A stretch of 64,000 nt of DNA from an uncultured Acidobacteriota bacterium (GTDB taxonomy: Bacteria > Acidobacteriota > Blastocatellia > RBC074): assembly GCA_963796275.1 (NCBI GenBank), contig CAWCKY010000004.1:896001-960000 (forward strand), written 5' to 3'. A program made the translations under genes and the position numbers. Below are positions 21,857 to 32,290 of the stretch, one piece after another. A model generated the notes under the pieces. That model saw only the letters and a program-made list of their open reading frames with translations. It made no database searches and had not been told where the DNA came from. Each line of letters begins with the position of its first letter. The first letter of the stretch is position 1.

Positions 21857-24634
21857 ATGAATGCTCTGGCTAACCGTGAAGAATGCTTTGGTCAAATAAA
21901 AAACGAGTGCGATGAGTTACGCGCAGGCGGGCAAGAACAGATGGGGGAGACTTTACGAAGTGCGCTCGAGTTCCGCGAGCGATTCATGGAAGCCTCGCCG
22001 AACGCCATCGGCGCGCTCGATTCCGATGGAAAGTTTGTCCTGGCCAATCGTCGCGTGGCCGAAATCACGGGATACCGCCTCGATGAGCTGATAGGCCGAT
22101 CATTCCAGACTCTGCTTGCGCCGGGTGAAATGGCCCGTATCAACGAGCTTTTCATAGCTGTTATGAAAAACGGAATACCTGCGTCGCAGGTTGAAACCGA
22201 TGTGCTGCGTGAGGATGGCACGGCCCGCACAATCAATTTCAGCTTACAACCGCTGGCGCTGGAAGGCGGTGAATCCGGCGTATTCTTCAATGCTGAAGAC
22301 ATAACTGACCGGAAGCGAGCCGAAGAAGCGCTTAGGGAGAGCGAAAGGAGATTGCGAAGCGACATCGAGGCGCTCCTCCAAACGGTCGGCGGTATCATAT
22401 GGCAGGGAGAAGCGGACGTCGTCGCCAACACATTCCGCTTCGTCTTCGTCAGCCAACAGGCGGAGCGGATGCTCGGTTATCCCGTCAAAGACTGGCTGGA
22501 AAATTCGGCGATCTGGATCGAGCATATGCATCCTAAGGATAGACGGCGGGTGCTGGCGTTGCGCAGTCAGGCCCTCGTCGGGCGAGAAGACTACGAGATC
22601 GAGTACCGGATGATCGCCAGAGGCGGGCGGATTCTGTGGTTGCGGGAGATCGTCAAAATTGAACCGGCGAAAGATCGCTTTATCAAACTCCGCGGCATTA
22701 CCATAGATATTACCGAGCGAAAACAGGCGGATGCTGCACTGCACGAGAGCGATGCGCGGAATAAGGCGATCCTAAAAGCGCTCCCGGACTTGATGTTTCT
22801 CACCAGCCGGGACGGGGTATTCCTTGATTTCCACGCCAAAGAATTGGATGTGCTGTTCGCATCGCCGGAGAAGTTCCTCGGAAAGAATATCCGGGAAGTG
22901 CTCCCCGAGGACTTGAGCGAGGGTCTGGCTCGATGTTTCGAACAGGCGACGACATACGGCGAGCCGATCATCCACGAATACTCGCTACCCCTCGATGAAG
23001 GGAAAGGCTACTACGAGGCCCGCGTAGTGGGCTGTGACAGGGGCAGAGTCCTCAGCATCGTACGCGACATCACCGAACGCAAGCGGGCGGAAGCAGCGCT
23101 GCGCGAGAGCCAGCAACGTCTGGCGATGGCGACCGCCGCGGGCGGGGTCGGGATATGGGACTATGACCTGGAGACCGGCGAAATCTATATCGATCCGGCA
23201 TTGAAATCTATTCTCGGTTTCGAAGAGCACGAAATTCGCAACAATTTCAATGATTGGATGCAACACCTTCACCCCGATGACCGCGATCGCGTCCTGGCGA
23301 AACTGGAAATCCATCTCGCTAGTGAGGCGCCGGCCTGTGAATTCGAACATCGCCTTCATCACAAAGATGGCAGTATCCGCTGGTTCCTCGCGCGTGGCAC
23401 CGTCATCAGGCATCCGGACGGAACCCCATATCGATTGGTAGGCACACAGACGGACATCACGGATCGTAAACGTGCGGAAGAGGCGTTGCGCAACATCGCC
23501 GAAGGAGTCTCTGCGGTAACCGGGGAATCGTTCCTGCGCTCGCTCGTCCAATATCTGGTGAGAATATTGAAGGTGAACTACGCAATCGTCGGCGAGCTGG
23601 TCGAGCCTGAGCGCGAGATAGTCAAAGCGATCGCCTGCGCCGACGGACAGATAATGGACGCCTTCGAGTACGGCCTTTCCGATACGCCCTGCGCGAATGT
23701 CATTAAACAGCAACTGTGCTGTTACCCGGAAGGGGTTCAACGTCAATTTCCCAAAGACCAGCTGTTGGCTGACATGGGTGTTGAAAGCTATCTCGGCACG
23801 CCGCTCCGCGATTCATTCGGCCGTACGCTGGGTTTACTGGTAGTTATGAGCCGCGAACCGTTGAAAGATAGAAAATTGGCCACGTCGATGCTACAGATAT
23901 TCGCGGCGCGTGCTTCGGCCGAGATCGAGCGCAAGCGCGGTGAAGCTGCTCTGCTCGCCAGCGAAGAGTCGCTGCGCCGGAGTCATGCGCGCGCGCAGGA
24001 TCTGGCCGGCAAACTGATCACCGCACAGGAAGAAGAACGCAAAAACCTGTCGCGCGAATTACACGATGATCTCAATCAGAAACTGGCATCACTGGCCATT
24101 ACTATCGGCTATCTCAAACGGCATCTCCCCGAAGAAGCCGAGTTCATCAATCATCAACTGACCGACCTGGAGGACCGTATATTCTCCCTCTCGAACGACA
24201 TCCGCCAGTTGTCGCACGAGCTTCACCCGGCCGTACTGGAGCATATCGGGCTGCAGATGGCGCTCGAATCCTATTGCGGCGAGTTCAGCAGTCGCGAAGA
24301 TATTCCGGTCGCGCTCGCGATCGAAGAGGGCATCAGCGAAATCCAGCCGAGAATCGCACTCTGCCTCTATCGCATTGCGCAAGAGGCTTTGCGCAACATC
24401 GCCAAACATTCCTACGCGACCAGCGCAAATGTAACTTTATCGGCTGCGACTGGCGGGATCCGTCTGGTCATCTCGGACGAGGGGATAGGGTATGATTATT
24501 CGCAGGCGCGTACCAAAGGCGGCCTCGGGCTAATCAGCATGGAAGAGCGCGTTCGTCTGCTGGGCGGCAGTTTTCAAGTCATAACCCAGCCGCAGGAAGG
24601 AACCGAAGTACGGGTCCAGATCCCCAATCAATGA
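21857..24634 (+). CDS. multi-PAS + GAF sensor histidine kinase (HisKA_3/NarX-type)
   Basis: four PAS-like repeats ending DITDRK/DITERK, GAF, RELHDDLNQ, QEALRNIAKH, GLGLISMEER. Confidence 0.93.
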   Translation: MNALANREECFGQIKNECDELRAGGQEQMGETLRSALEFRERFMEASPNAIGALDSDGKFVLANRRVAEITGYRLDELIGRSFQTLLAPGEMARINELFIAVMKNGIPASQVETDVLREDGTARTINFSLQPLALEGGESGVFFNAEDITDRKRAEEALRESERRLRSDIEALLQTVGGIIWQGEADVVANTFRFVFVSQQAERMLGYPVKDWLENSAIWIEHMHPKDRRRVLALRSQALVGREDYEIEYRMIARGGRILWLREIVKIEPAKDRFIKLRGITIDITERKQADAALHESDARNKAILKALPDLMFLTSRDGVFLDFHAKELDVLFASPEKFLGKNIREVLPEDLSEGLARCFEQATTYGEPIIHEYSLPLDEGKGYYEARVVGCDRGRVLSIVRDITERKRAEAALRESQQRLAMATAAGGVGIWDYDLETGEIYIDPALKSILGFEEHEIRNNFNDWMQHLHPDDRDRVLAKLEIHLASEAPACEFEHRLHHKDGSIRWFLARGTVIRHPDGTPYRLVGTQTDITDRKRAEEALRNIAEGVSAVTGESFLRSLVQYLVRILKVNYAIVGELVEPEREIVKAIACADGQIMDAFEYGLSDTPCANVIKQQLCCYPEGVQRQFPKDQLLADMGVESYLGTPLRDSFGRTLGLLVVMSREPLKDRKLATSMLQIFAARASAEIERKRGEAALLASEESLRRSHARAQDLAGKLITAQEEERKNLSRELHDDLNQKLASLAITIGYLKRHLPEEAEFINHQLTDLEDRIFSLSNDIRQLSHELHPAVLEHIGLQMALESYCGEFSSREDIPVALAIEEGISEIQPRIALCLYRIAQEALRNIAKHSYATSANVTLSAATGGIRLVISDEGIGYDYSQARTKGGLGLISMEERVRLLGGSFQVITQPQEGTEVRVQIPNQ

Positions 24635-24660
24635 GGAGTCAGAAGGGAGAAGGCAGAATC

Positions 24661-24781
24661 ATTTTAGATTTTAGATTTTAGATTTTAGATTTTACATTCG
24701 CCGTTTGTCATTGAATTGCTGACTACCTGAGTCAACGACAAATGGCGAATGTAAAATTTAAAATGTAAAATTTAAAATTTT
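24661..24781. repeat. palindromic element with TTTTAGA/TTTTACA heptamer arms (left copy)
   Basis: ttttacattcgccgtttgtcattga...tcaacgacaaatggcgaatgtaaaa; inverted homolog at 36294. Confidence 0.85.
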
Positions 24782-24797
24782 CACCCTTTTTCTTTTG

Positions 24798-25883
24798 TTA
24801 TCCCCACACCTCTCGCGCAGTCTGCGCCACCAGGTTCAGCTTGGCCTCCTGCTCTTCAATGGTCAAAAGGTTCCCTTCAATCGTCGAGGCGAATCCGCAC
24901 TGTGGACTCAATGCGAGCCTATCGAGCGGAATATAGGCTGCGGCCGCCTCGATGCGGCGCTTCAGCTCTACCTTATTCTCCAGTGCGGATTTTTTTGAGC
25001 TAACCAGACCCAATACTACAGTCCTGTCTTCAGGCACCTGCGCGAGCGGCTCGAAGCCGCCGGAGCGCTCGTCATCGAATTCGAGCAGGAAACGGTGGAA
25101 TTTCGTTTTGCGGAAGACATTGGTGATCGGCCCGTAATCTCCCCGGGCGTAGAACTTGCTCTGATTATTTCCGCGGCACAGATGCAGGCCGAAGGTGACG
25201 CCCGCACTGGAACTCGATCCGACCACCGCATTATCCATCTCAATTGACAAATCGAGCAGCCGATCCGGGTCGTTGCCGCGCTTCCGGTATCCTTCGCGCA
25301 GCTCCGGATCGAGTAATGCCGTGTATTGCGGAGAGTCAATCTGTATATAGGTACAACCCAGGCGGATCAGTTCCTTTATCTCTTCCCTAAGAATGTCGAC
25401 GAGGTCGGCCAGATATGCATCAATACTGGGGTAAGCGGAACCTGATTTTTCGCTATCGTAATAGGCCGCAGCCTGTTGCGCGCTGATCAGAGTGGTTTTG
25501 CCCGGGCGATCCGAACACGCGCGCAAATAGGCGAACTCTTCCGTACAGAGATGGCGCTTTTGCCGAAGACGGGAAACGACCACCGGTCGATTTTGAACGA
25601 TCTGCTCGCCCTCTTCGTTGCGGAACGGGATGGCCCATCCGCCATACTTGTCGAAACCTTCCACAGCGTCGATGAGATGCCCCCAGAAAGCATAACGCCG
25701 CATCTCACCATCGCTGACCACATCTAACCCCGCACGCTCCTGCTGGGCAACCGTTTCGTCAACTGCGCGGTCTTCAATGAGCTTAAACGCGACATCACTC
25801 AGTGCCCCCGACTCGAAGCGCTCGCGCGCCTCCTTCAGATAAGCGGGGCGTAACATACTTCCTACTACATCACTACGGAACAT
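24798..25883 (-). CDS. cobalamin-independent methionine synthase II family (single-barrel MetE-like) protein
   Basis: VVGSMLRP, SDGEMRR, HLCRGN, LEFDDERSG, LSPQCGFAS. Confidence 0.88.
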   Translation of the reverse strand: MFRSDVVGSMLRPAYLKEARERFESGALSDVAFKLIEDRAVDETVAQQERAGLDVVSDGEMRRYAFWGHLIDAVEGFDKYGGWAIPFRNEEGEQIVQNRPVVVSRLRQKRHLCTEEFAYLRACSDRPGKTTLISAQQAAAYYDSEKSGSAYPSIDAYLADLVDILREEIKELIRLGCTYIQIDSPQYTALLDPELREGYRKRGNDPDRLLDLSIEMDNAVVGSSSSAGVTFGLHLCRGNNQSKFYARGDYGPITNVFRKTKFHRFLLEFDDERSGGFEPLAQVPEDRTVVLGLVSSKKSALENKVELKRRIEAAAAYIPLDRLALSPQCGFASTIEGNLLTIEEQEAKLNLVAQTAREVWG

Positions 25884-25909
25884 AGATATTCTCCTGGGAA
25901 TAAACTTTT

Positions 25910-28900
25910 TTAAAACCGCAACTTCATGCCGTACTGAAACTGAAACGGATTAGCGGCATCGCGCGGCGTGTTGAATCCGAGAACCGGACTCGACGGCACG
26001 CTCAGATCGATTCCTCCGTAAACGGTATTCAGGTCGGTGACGTTGATGCGATTGAGCAGGTTGAAAAAGTCGGCGCTGAATTCGGCGCTGAGGCGGTCGT
26101 TGAACCTGACCTCACGCGCCACGCGCATATCAAAAGTGGCGAAGCCGGGCCCCTGCAGAGTATTTCTCCCCAAAACGCCCGGCCGGTCAGAGAGCGGGTT
26201 GCCATCCATATTGGCATCCTGTCCGGCGAATACATTAAACCGTCGGCCCGATTGAGCAGTCAGCAACGTGCTGAACTTGAAATTGCGCAACACGGCAACT
26301 CCCTGCGGAACCTCACTGACAAATGCCAGCGTGAACCGGTGGGGTACGGTCTGACGCGAGACCGCGCGCTCGGGATTGATATCCCGCCCTTCGGGAAGAT
26401 CAGCCAGATTGGCTACCGACTCGGCATTATTGATGGTCTTTGAGAAAGTGTAACTGCCGTGGAAACTGACCCCGCGCGCGAATCGCTTCTCGATCTCGAA
26501 CGTCCCACCGTGATGGATGGAGAATCCGATGTCGTCTGTTACATAGAAATCTCCGAGCTCCGGGAATATCCGCCCGCCTAAGATAGGCTTGCCCGAAGGC
26601 AGCGTTCCTGTCTGCAAGGCATTGACCACTCCCGTGTGCGCCGCCAGCTTGAGCCCGTGCACATATAGATAGCCCACGGTCACAGCGATGCCGCCGCCCA
26701 GTTCGTGGGAGATTTCGAGGCTGGCCTGCTCCGAATAAGGCGTGCGTATTCTTCCATCCTTGTTGTCCCTGAAGCCGGGGTTGACGATGCCGTTGACCGG
26801 AGTTGCAACTGGTACCTGGCCGGTGGACGTGAAGATACAGGTGGCGAGTGTCGCCGCACTCGACGTCATTATCGTTGGCCCTCCTGGACGGCACGTGGTC
26901 GACTGAAGAGATGTGGTTCCCCTGACGGTGGGTTGAATAAAGTGAGCCCGTACCGGCGCCACACCGGGAAAAACGAGCTGGGCGTTCGGCAGATCGCCGG
27001 CGCTGCTCCCATCGACGGCGATCAACTGCTGGCCGACGCTGGTAAAGAGACGGTCATTGAAAATCCCGAATCCCGCGCGTACTACCGTGCGCGGAGTCAC
27101 AGCATAGGCGAGGCCCACGCGCGGCTGGAAATTGTTCAGGTCATTTCTCTGTACATAGACCGATGGATAGGTCTCGAAGTCGTAGCGCATCCCGAGTGTG
27201 AGAGTCAGCTTCGACGTCGCCTTCCACTCATCCTGGGCGAAGAATCCATATGAATTATGATTGACACCGAAATCGGTGAGCGGATCGAATTCGTCTGTGG
27301 CTTCCTGGGTGAATGGGACGGGGAGCGCGGAACGCGACGTCGTACCATTCGCAAGCGGGAACCAGAAGACCACCGGTGTCTGGTTCAGGAAAGTCGGCCC
27401 GGATACGCCCGGTCCGCCCAGGCTCGCAAAGATCACGCGCGCGGGCAGGAAGAGGTTCCATTTGGCGGTGTCGCGAATGTTATTGAAGTCCGCTCCCACT
27501 TTAACCAGATGTCCGCTCAAGTTGAGGCTCAGGTTGTCCGAGACCTGCAGGCGCGATTCGCGATAAAAGTCTATGTCCGAAGTGCTCTTTCCGGTGATGA
27601 GCAGGTTGGATACTTCTAGATCGGGCTCTTTGAGAACCGAGGGGAAATCGAAGCTCCGGCGCGCCCATTGAACGCGAGCCTCATTGACTACCCGGTTGCT
27701 CAACAATGCCGTGTCGGTGACCACGAAAGACTGATCGAAGGTCCTGTTATTCCGCGCCGTCGACGAAGCAGGTGATGCGCGCCCGCCCCCTCCGAGAAAA
27801 CCTTCCGTGGTCGAGTCCAGCAAGTTATAGCGGAGGGATAGATCGTTATTGCTCGTGATCTTGTGATCGAGCTTGGCGAGAAACCCATCATAGTCGTTCG
27901 AGCGCAAGAAGTCGGTGACCTCGGGCGTCAGTCCGAAGAATCTCTTGGTTGCATTGATCGCATCGATATTGTTGAAGAGCACCGAGGAGAACTTATTGTC
28001 CTCGCCTCGACGCTGCCCTTCGTAGCTGCCGAAGAAGAATGTCTTGTCCTTCCTGATCGGGCCGCCGATGGTGGCGCCATACTGATTCTGCCGTAGATCA
28101 GGATTGGGCCCAGTCAGAATGGGATTCGCATTGAGGGCATCGTTCATACCGAAGTAATAGGCCGAACCATGGAACTGGTTCGTTCCTGACTTCGTGACGA
28201 TATTGACGAAGCCCCCGGAAGCGCGGCCGTATTCCGCGAGGAAGGCGGAGTTGAGGACGCGAAACTCCCGCACCGATTCCTGCGACGGAGTGACGCGCGG
28301 CAATCCGGTGACGGTCTGAATATTGTCCACGCCGTCGACCAAGATCAGCGTGCTGAGCTCGGATTGCCCACCAAAGGTCAGCCGCGGCGCGGCCGCCGAA
28401 CCGACGCCCGTGTCTGGCTCCTTGAATGCGCCTCCGCCGACATTCTCGCGCCCCGGCGCCACTCCGCTCGACAGTTTGGCGAAATCGACGAAGTTGCGCC
28501 CGATGATCGGGAGCGAGTCGATCGACCGCTCGTTGATCACACGGCTCACTTCCGCTTTGGTCGTCTCGACCAGCGGTTCATCCTGCTTGACTTCGATCAC
28601 TTCGGTCACCTCTCCGACCTGTACAGTCAGATCGACCACCGATGCGCCGCCTACTGTGAGAAGCACGCCGCTCTGGATCGCCGTCCTGAATCCCGTGCGT
28701 TCGGCGCGAAGCTCATACTCGCCGGGACCCAGATTGATGAGACTATAACGACCTTCGCTGTCTGAGATGGCGCCACGAACCGCTCCCGTTTGGACATTCC
28801 TGGCGTTGATCTTCGCATCGGGAACGACCGCTCCCGACGCATCCCGGACCACCCCGGAGAGCGTCGCGGTGGTAGTCTGCCCCAATGCGGTCGCGCCCAC

Positions 28901-28948
28901 CAGAAGCACCGACAGCGATGCCAATAATATGCGTATCCTGTTGGTCAT
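25910..28948 (-). CDS. TonB-dependent receptor (carboxypeptidase-regulatory domain)
   Basis: signal peptide, LPIIGRNF, VTKSGTN, C-terminal QYGMKLRF. Confidence 0.92.
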   Translation of the reverse strand: MTNRIRILLASLSVLLVGATALGQTTTATLSGVVRDASGAVVPDAKINARNVQTGAVRGAISDSEGRYSLINLGPGEYELRAERTGFRTAIQSGVLLTVGGASVVDLTVQVGEVTEVIEVKQDEPLVETTKAEVSRVINERSIDSLPIIGRNFVDFAKLSSGVAPGRENVGGGAFKEPDTGVGSAAAPRLTFGGQSELSTLILVDGVDNIQTVTGLPRVTPSQESVREFRVLNSAFLAEYGRASGGFVNIVTKSGTNQFHGSAYYFGMNDALNANPILTGPNPDLRQNQYGATIGGPIRKDKTFFFGSYEGQRRGEDNKFSSVLFNNIDAINATKRFFGLTPEVTDFLRSNDYDGFLAKLDHKITSNNDLSLRYNLLDSTTEGFLGGGGRASPASSTARNNRTFDQSFVVTDTALLSNRVVNEARVQWARRSFDFPSVLKEPDLEVSNLLITGKSTSDIDFYRESRLQVSDNLSLNLSGHLVKVGADFNNIRDTAKWNLFLPARVIFASLGGPGVSGPTFLNQTPVVFWFPLANGTTSRSALPVPFTQEATDEFDPLTDFGVNHNSYGFFAQDEWKATSKLTLTLGMRYDFETYPSVYVQRNDLNNFQPRVGLAYAVTPRTVVRAGFGIFNDRLFTSVGQQLIAVDGSSAGDLPNAQLVFPGVAPVRAHFIQPTVRGTTSLQSTTCRPGGPTIMTSSAATLATCIFTSTGQVPVATPVNGIVNPGFRDNKDGRIRTPYSEQASLEISHELGGGIAVTVGYLYVHGLKLAAHTGVVNALQTGTLPSGKPILGGRIFPELGDFYVTDDIGFSIHHGGTFEIEKRFARGVSFHGSYTFSKTINNAESVANLADLPEGRDINPERAVSRQTVPHRFTLAFVSEVPQGVAVLRNFKFSTLLTAQSGRRFNVFAGQDANMDGNPLSDRPGVLGRNTLQGPGFATFDMRVAREVRFNDRLSAEFSADFFNLLNRINVTDLNTVYGGIDLSVPSSPVLGFNTPRDAANPFQFQYGMKLRF

Positions 28949-28968
28949 GGTTGAAACTCCCAGGAATT

Positions 28969-29036
28969 AGTTTTCAGTTTTCAGTTTTCAGTTCCTGTTC
29001 TAGACAGCTCAACTTAAAACTTAAAACTTAAAACTT
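28969..29036. repeat. inverted heptamer array
   Basis: (GTTTTCA)x3 ... (AACTTAA)x3. Confidence 0.85.
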
Positions 29037-29038
29037 TC

Positions 29039-29929
29039 CTACTTCTTATTGGTTATTGCTCGCACAATTTCGCGATAATCCTCCGGCACCCGGCCACCGA
29101 ATTCATCGAGCAGGTTGAGCCTGCCTCCCCATTCCTGCCGCCGGGCCGTAGCCTCAGCCATCACCGGTTCGACGCCGATCGCGCGCAGCGTCTCTGCCAC
29201 CTCTTCCATCTCGCGCGCCCGCCGCTCACCGTGTTCCAGTACGCGGCCGACCATATAACTCGCGAGCTTGCTCCAGTCGATCCCGGGGAATGTCTCGCCC
29301 AGAGAGGCGAAAACGCGCTCATCCGCGCCAAACCTGGTCGCCGACAACACACATTCGAAGAGCAGCGCCTCCAAACCTTTGACGATTATGCTGCGGCACA
29401 TCTTGACGGCCGATGCGACCCCGACCTGGTCCGAGACCACTTCTAGCCGCATCCCGTAGGGCGCAAGTGCATCGACCAGCGCGCGGGCATGGACTCCGCC
29501 CAGCGAAATCGGCACTCGGTGGCCATTGGGCGGAACAGCCAGCATGATCGCACCTTCGACAAAACGAGCCCCGCGCGTCGTTATTATGCCCTCGATAGAT
29601 AGTTTGAGCGCCGGTGAGACCGAGTTGAAATCCGCGTAAAGATGCCGCGCTTCCAGATAGGGCGCCGTCTGTTGGGCCGCTTCCGCCGCCGCATTTGCCG
29701 TCACCGTGGAGAGGATAATGTCGCACTCGCTGGCCAGGTTCGCGGATGAATCGAGCAGGCTGGTACCGCTCTCCGCTGCGCGCTTTTGAATCCTCTCTCC
29801 GAGCCTTGGCGCTTGCGCATTAATATCGTAGGCGAAGATGCGAGCGAGCCCCGCGCCGCGAAGCCCCTTGGCGATATGGAACCCCGCCTCGCCCAAACCT
29901 ATAAAACCGATTGTCGGACCATTCTCCAT
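29039..29929 (-). CDS. NAD(P)-dependent oxidoreductase, 6PGDH/3-hydroxyisobutyrate-DH-like with DUF1932-type C-terminus
   Basis: IGFIGLGEAG, KMCRSIIVKG, HGERRAREMEEV. Confidence 0.85.
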   Translation of the reverse strand: MENGPTIGFIGLGEAGFHIAKGLRGAGLARIFAYDINAQAPRLGERIQKRAAESGTSLLDSSANLASECDIILSTVTANAAAEAAQQTAPYLEARHLYADFNSVSPALKLSIEGIITTRGARFVEGAIMLAVPPNGHRVPISLGGVHARALVDALAPYGMRLEVVSDQVGVASAVKMCRSIIVKGLEALLFECVLSATRFGADERVFASLGETFPGIDWSKLASYMVGRVLEHGERRAREMEEVAETLRAIGVEPVMAEATARRQEWGGRLNLLDEFGGRVPEDYREIVRAITNKK

Positions 29930-29986
29930 AGGTAACCAATGAAACCGGCGTAAATTTAAAGTTGCCTGTTTCAATAAATTCTGATC

Positions 29987-30180
29987 GGCTCCGGAGGAAC
30001 CGGATGTCTATAGGCTCGACGTATTTTTCAACATCGAGCTCCGGAGGAGCAAAATGTGACATATCGCTCCTCCGGAGCTGGGAGGATATGTGGGCTCGTA
30101 TCTATAAACATTACGCGCCTCCGGCGCTATAAACATTACGTGCCTCCGGCGCTGAAAACATTACGCGCCTCCGGCGCTGA
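29987..30180. repeat. REP-like palindrome (GCTCCGGAGGAGC) followed by three 25-bp tandem repeats
   Basis: CT(A/G)(T/A)AAACATTACG(C/T)GCCTCCGGCG x3 at 30102-30176. Confidence 0.85.
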
Positions 30181-30201
30181 GTTCCGAGACCGTCGACTTT
30201 A

Positions 30202-30948
30202 CTAGTGCAAATATCCGCCGCCATCGCAGAGGATCATCTGCCCGGTGATCAATTCCGCATCGTCGCTCGCGATGAATGCGATGAGTCCGGCGAAGTGCTC
30301 CGGCGTGACGCGCTTCTTGATCGCCTGATTCATCATCACGCGGTTAAACGCTTCTTCGTCCGAATGAGCCTGTGTTCCGGGCGTCGCCACCATACCCGGC
30401 GCGACGGCATTGACTGTGATGCCATCATCGCCCAGTTCCTTCGCCATGACGCGCGTCATCCCCATGACCGCGCCCTTGGATGCGACGTACGCCATTTGAC
30501 CCGGGTTGGCGAGGAAGTAGGTACGCGACGCGACATTGATGATGCGCCCATGCCCGCTCTTCTTGATAAGCGGATAGGCAGCCTTCGAGACGTTGAAATA
30601 GCCAAGATAGTTGATCTGAACGTAACGGTTCATCTCTTCATATGTGAGCTGGTGCCATGGCTTTCGCCCTGAGAGAATCCCGGCATTATTGACCAGAATA
30701 TCGACTCGCTCGTGCCGCTTTTCGATGGCGCGCATCGCCTCGCCTATCTGCTCTACGCTGGTCACGTCGCAGGTCTGAGCGTTCGCTTCCCCGCCCGCGG
30801 CCCGTATTTCATGGGCGACGTCCGAGGCGTCTTTGATGTCCAGAATCTCGATCTTCGCCCCCTCAGCAGCCAGCCGCAGCGCCGCAGCTCGACCGATTCC
30901 GCCGGCCGCACCTGAAACTATCGCTATGCGATCTTTCAATCGACTCAT
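30202..30948 (-). CDS. SDR oxidoreductase (resembles the pyridoxal 4-dehydrogenase/phenylethanol dehydrogenase group)
   Basis: SGAAGGIG, NNAG, YVASK. Confidence 0.9.
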   Translation of the reverse strand: MSRLKDRIAIVSGAAGGIGRAAALRLAAEGAKIEILDIKDASDVAHEIRAAGGEANAQTCDVTSVEQIGEAMRAIEKRHERVDILVNNAGILSGRKPWHQLTYEEMNRYVQINYLGYFNVSKAAYPLIKKSGHGRIINVASRTYFLANPGQMAYVASKGAVMGMTRVMAKELGDDGITVNAVAPGMVATPGTQAHSDEEAFNRVMMNQAIKKRVTPEHFAGLIAFIASDDAELITGQMILCDGGGYLH

Positions 30949-30954
30949 TTTTCC

Positions 30955-32145
30955 TCAACAATCCTTTTGGTTATTTTCACTAATTTCGCGTTCTCTCTTT
31001 TTGAATTCCCCGTGGACCGCGTGCAGACACATCAACGCCTGCAGCGGATGCGCGCCGGCTTTCACCAATACCTCGGCATTGTCGCTTATCTTCACAGTGC
31101 GCCCCACAGAAGCGATGGCGCGCGCGCCTCCCATCTCTTCCGCGTTCAATCCCCACTCGGCCGCGACGCCGTCGAGATCGGTCAGCATGCGGCGCTGCAG
31201 GTCGGAATTGGTACGGACTTCGAAGAGCAGTTTGTTCAATTTGTAGGCCGATGCCGGGGGATGTTGGTAGAACTCGAAGCCCCGGTTTTTGAATTTATAT
31301 CCGCCGTAAATCTCGCCGGCAGCCGCATAACTCGAATCGGCTTTTTGCGGTCTGGCCGGGATGAAACGCATCATAGCGTGCCCGTGGTGCCAGGTGGGCG
31401 TATACTGCAGGAGTTCTCCGCGCCTGTTCCCAATGGCACCGAAAAGAATCGCCCACGTCAGCAGTTCGGTATTGCCGACTTCATCCAATTGTTCGACCGT
31501 CAGATCCAGCACCGCATCAGCATTTCCGCGCTCGAGTTCGCTAATCACCCATCGGTCGAAGGCGAACTCCGGCTGCGGATATTTCCAGGTTCCGGGATAG
31601 TGCGACATTCCGCCGCTCGCCAGGATCGCGACGCGCTCTGGACGAGAAGCGACGATATCGGCGATCGCACGGCCGAGCGCCGCGCATCGCGTCGTGCTGG
31701 GCAATGGCGGCAGATAGACGTTTGTGTGAAATGGAATCACCGGGATATCGCGGCCACCCAGCACAAATTCGAAGGGCACGGCAAATGTGTGACCGAGAAT
31801 GGCGTCTTCCGAATATGCCAGATCGAATTCAGCGCGTATCAGCCGATTCAAAAACTCTTCGGCCATTTCACGGTGAACCGGCACTTCGAATCTCCGCCCC
31901 GCGAACTCGGCAATAGCGTGATTCCCCGCCAGGATTGCGAAAGTGGGTACACAGCCGATCGAAAAGGTCTCGAGGTGATCGCTGCCGAGGAAGATCAGGA
32001 CATCAGGCTTCGTCTCATCGAGTATCCCACCTAACTCGCGCATCGACGCGATGGTGGCATCTAATTGAGCATGGTCTTCATCTGGCGGATAAGTAAATAA
32101 CTGAGGCGCATGGCAGGTCGCCATGGCTGCAACAATCTCACCCAT
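30955..32145 (-). CDS. LigB-family extradiol dioxygenase fused to a C-terminal LigA-like domain (GalA/DesB architecture)
   Basis: CHAP, SDHLETF, SGGMSHYP; C-terminal YKLNKLL..WGLNAEE..GAHPL; start at ATG 32145. Confidence 0.8.
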   Translation of the reverse strand: MGEIVAAMATCHAPQLFTYPPDEDHAQLDATIASMRELGGILDETKPDVLIFLGSDHLETFSIGCVPTFAILAGNHAIAEFAGRRFEVPVHREMAEEFLNRLIRAEFDLAYSEDAILGHTFAVPFEFVLGGRDIPVIPFHTNVYLPPLPSTTRCAALGRAIADIVASRPERVAILASGGMSHYPGTWKYPQPEFAFDRWVISELERGNADAVLDLTVEQLDEVGNTELLTWAILFGAIGNRRGELLQYTPTWHHGHAMMRFIPARPQKADSSYAAAGEIYGGYKFKNRGFEFYQHPPASAYKLNKLLFEVRTNSDLQRRMLTDLDGVAAEWGLNAEEMGGARAIASVGRTVKISDNAEVLVKAGAHPLQALMCLHAVHGEFKKREREISENNQKDC

Positions 32146-32203
32146 ATTTGCTCCCTCTCCCGGAATGAGAATTTGAAATTCGAGATTTGAGTTGTGTTTT
32201 AAA

Positions 32204-32290
32204 GCCCTGAAAGGCGGAGATAATCGCCAGGGCGGACGGAGTAGAGCCGTAGTAACTGGCAAGTGAGCGGGTGAGCCCGAAAGGGGCGTA
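32204..32290. repeat. REP-like element
   Basis: AGCCCTGAAAGGCG ... AGCCCGAAAGGGGCG. Confidence 0.55.

Noticed and set aside
12125-24634. tRNA-Lys-integrated genomic island
   Set aside because: Gene content looks accessory, but I found no integrase and no duplicated tRNA 3' end in the window
30102-30180. CRISPR array
   Set aside because: The 25-bp repeats are directly adjacent with no spacers, and there are no cas genes
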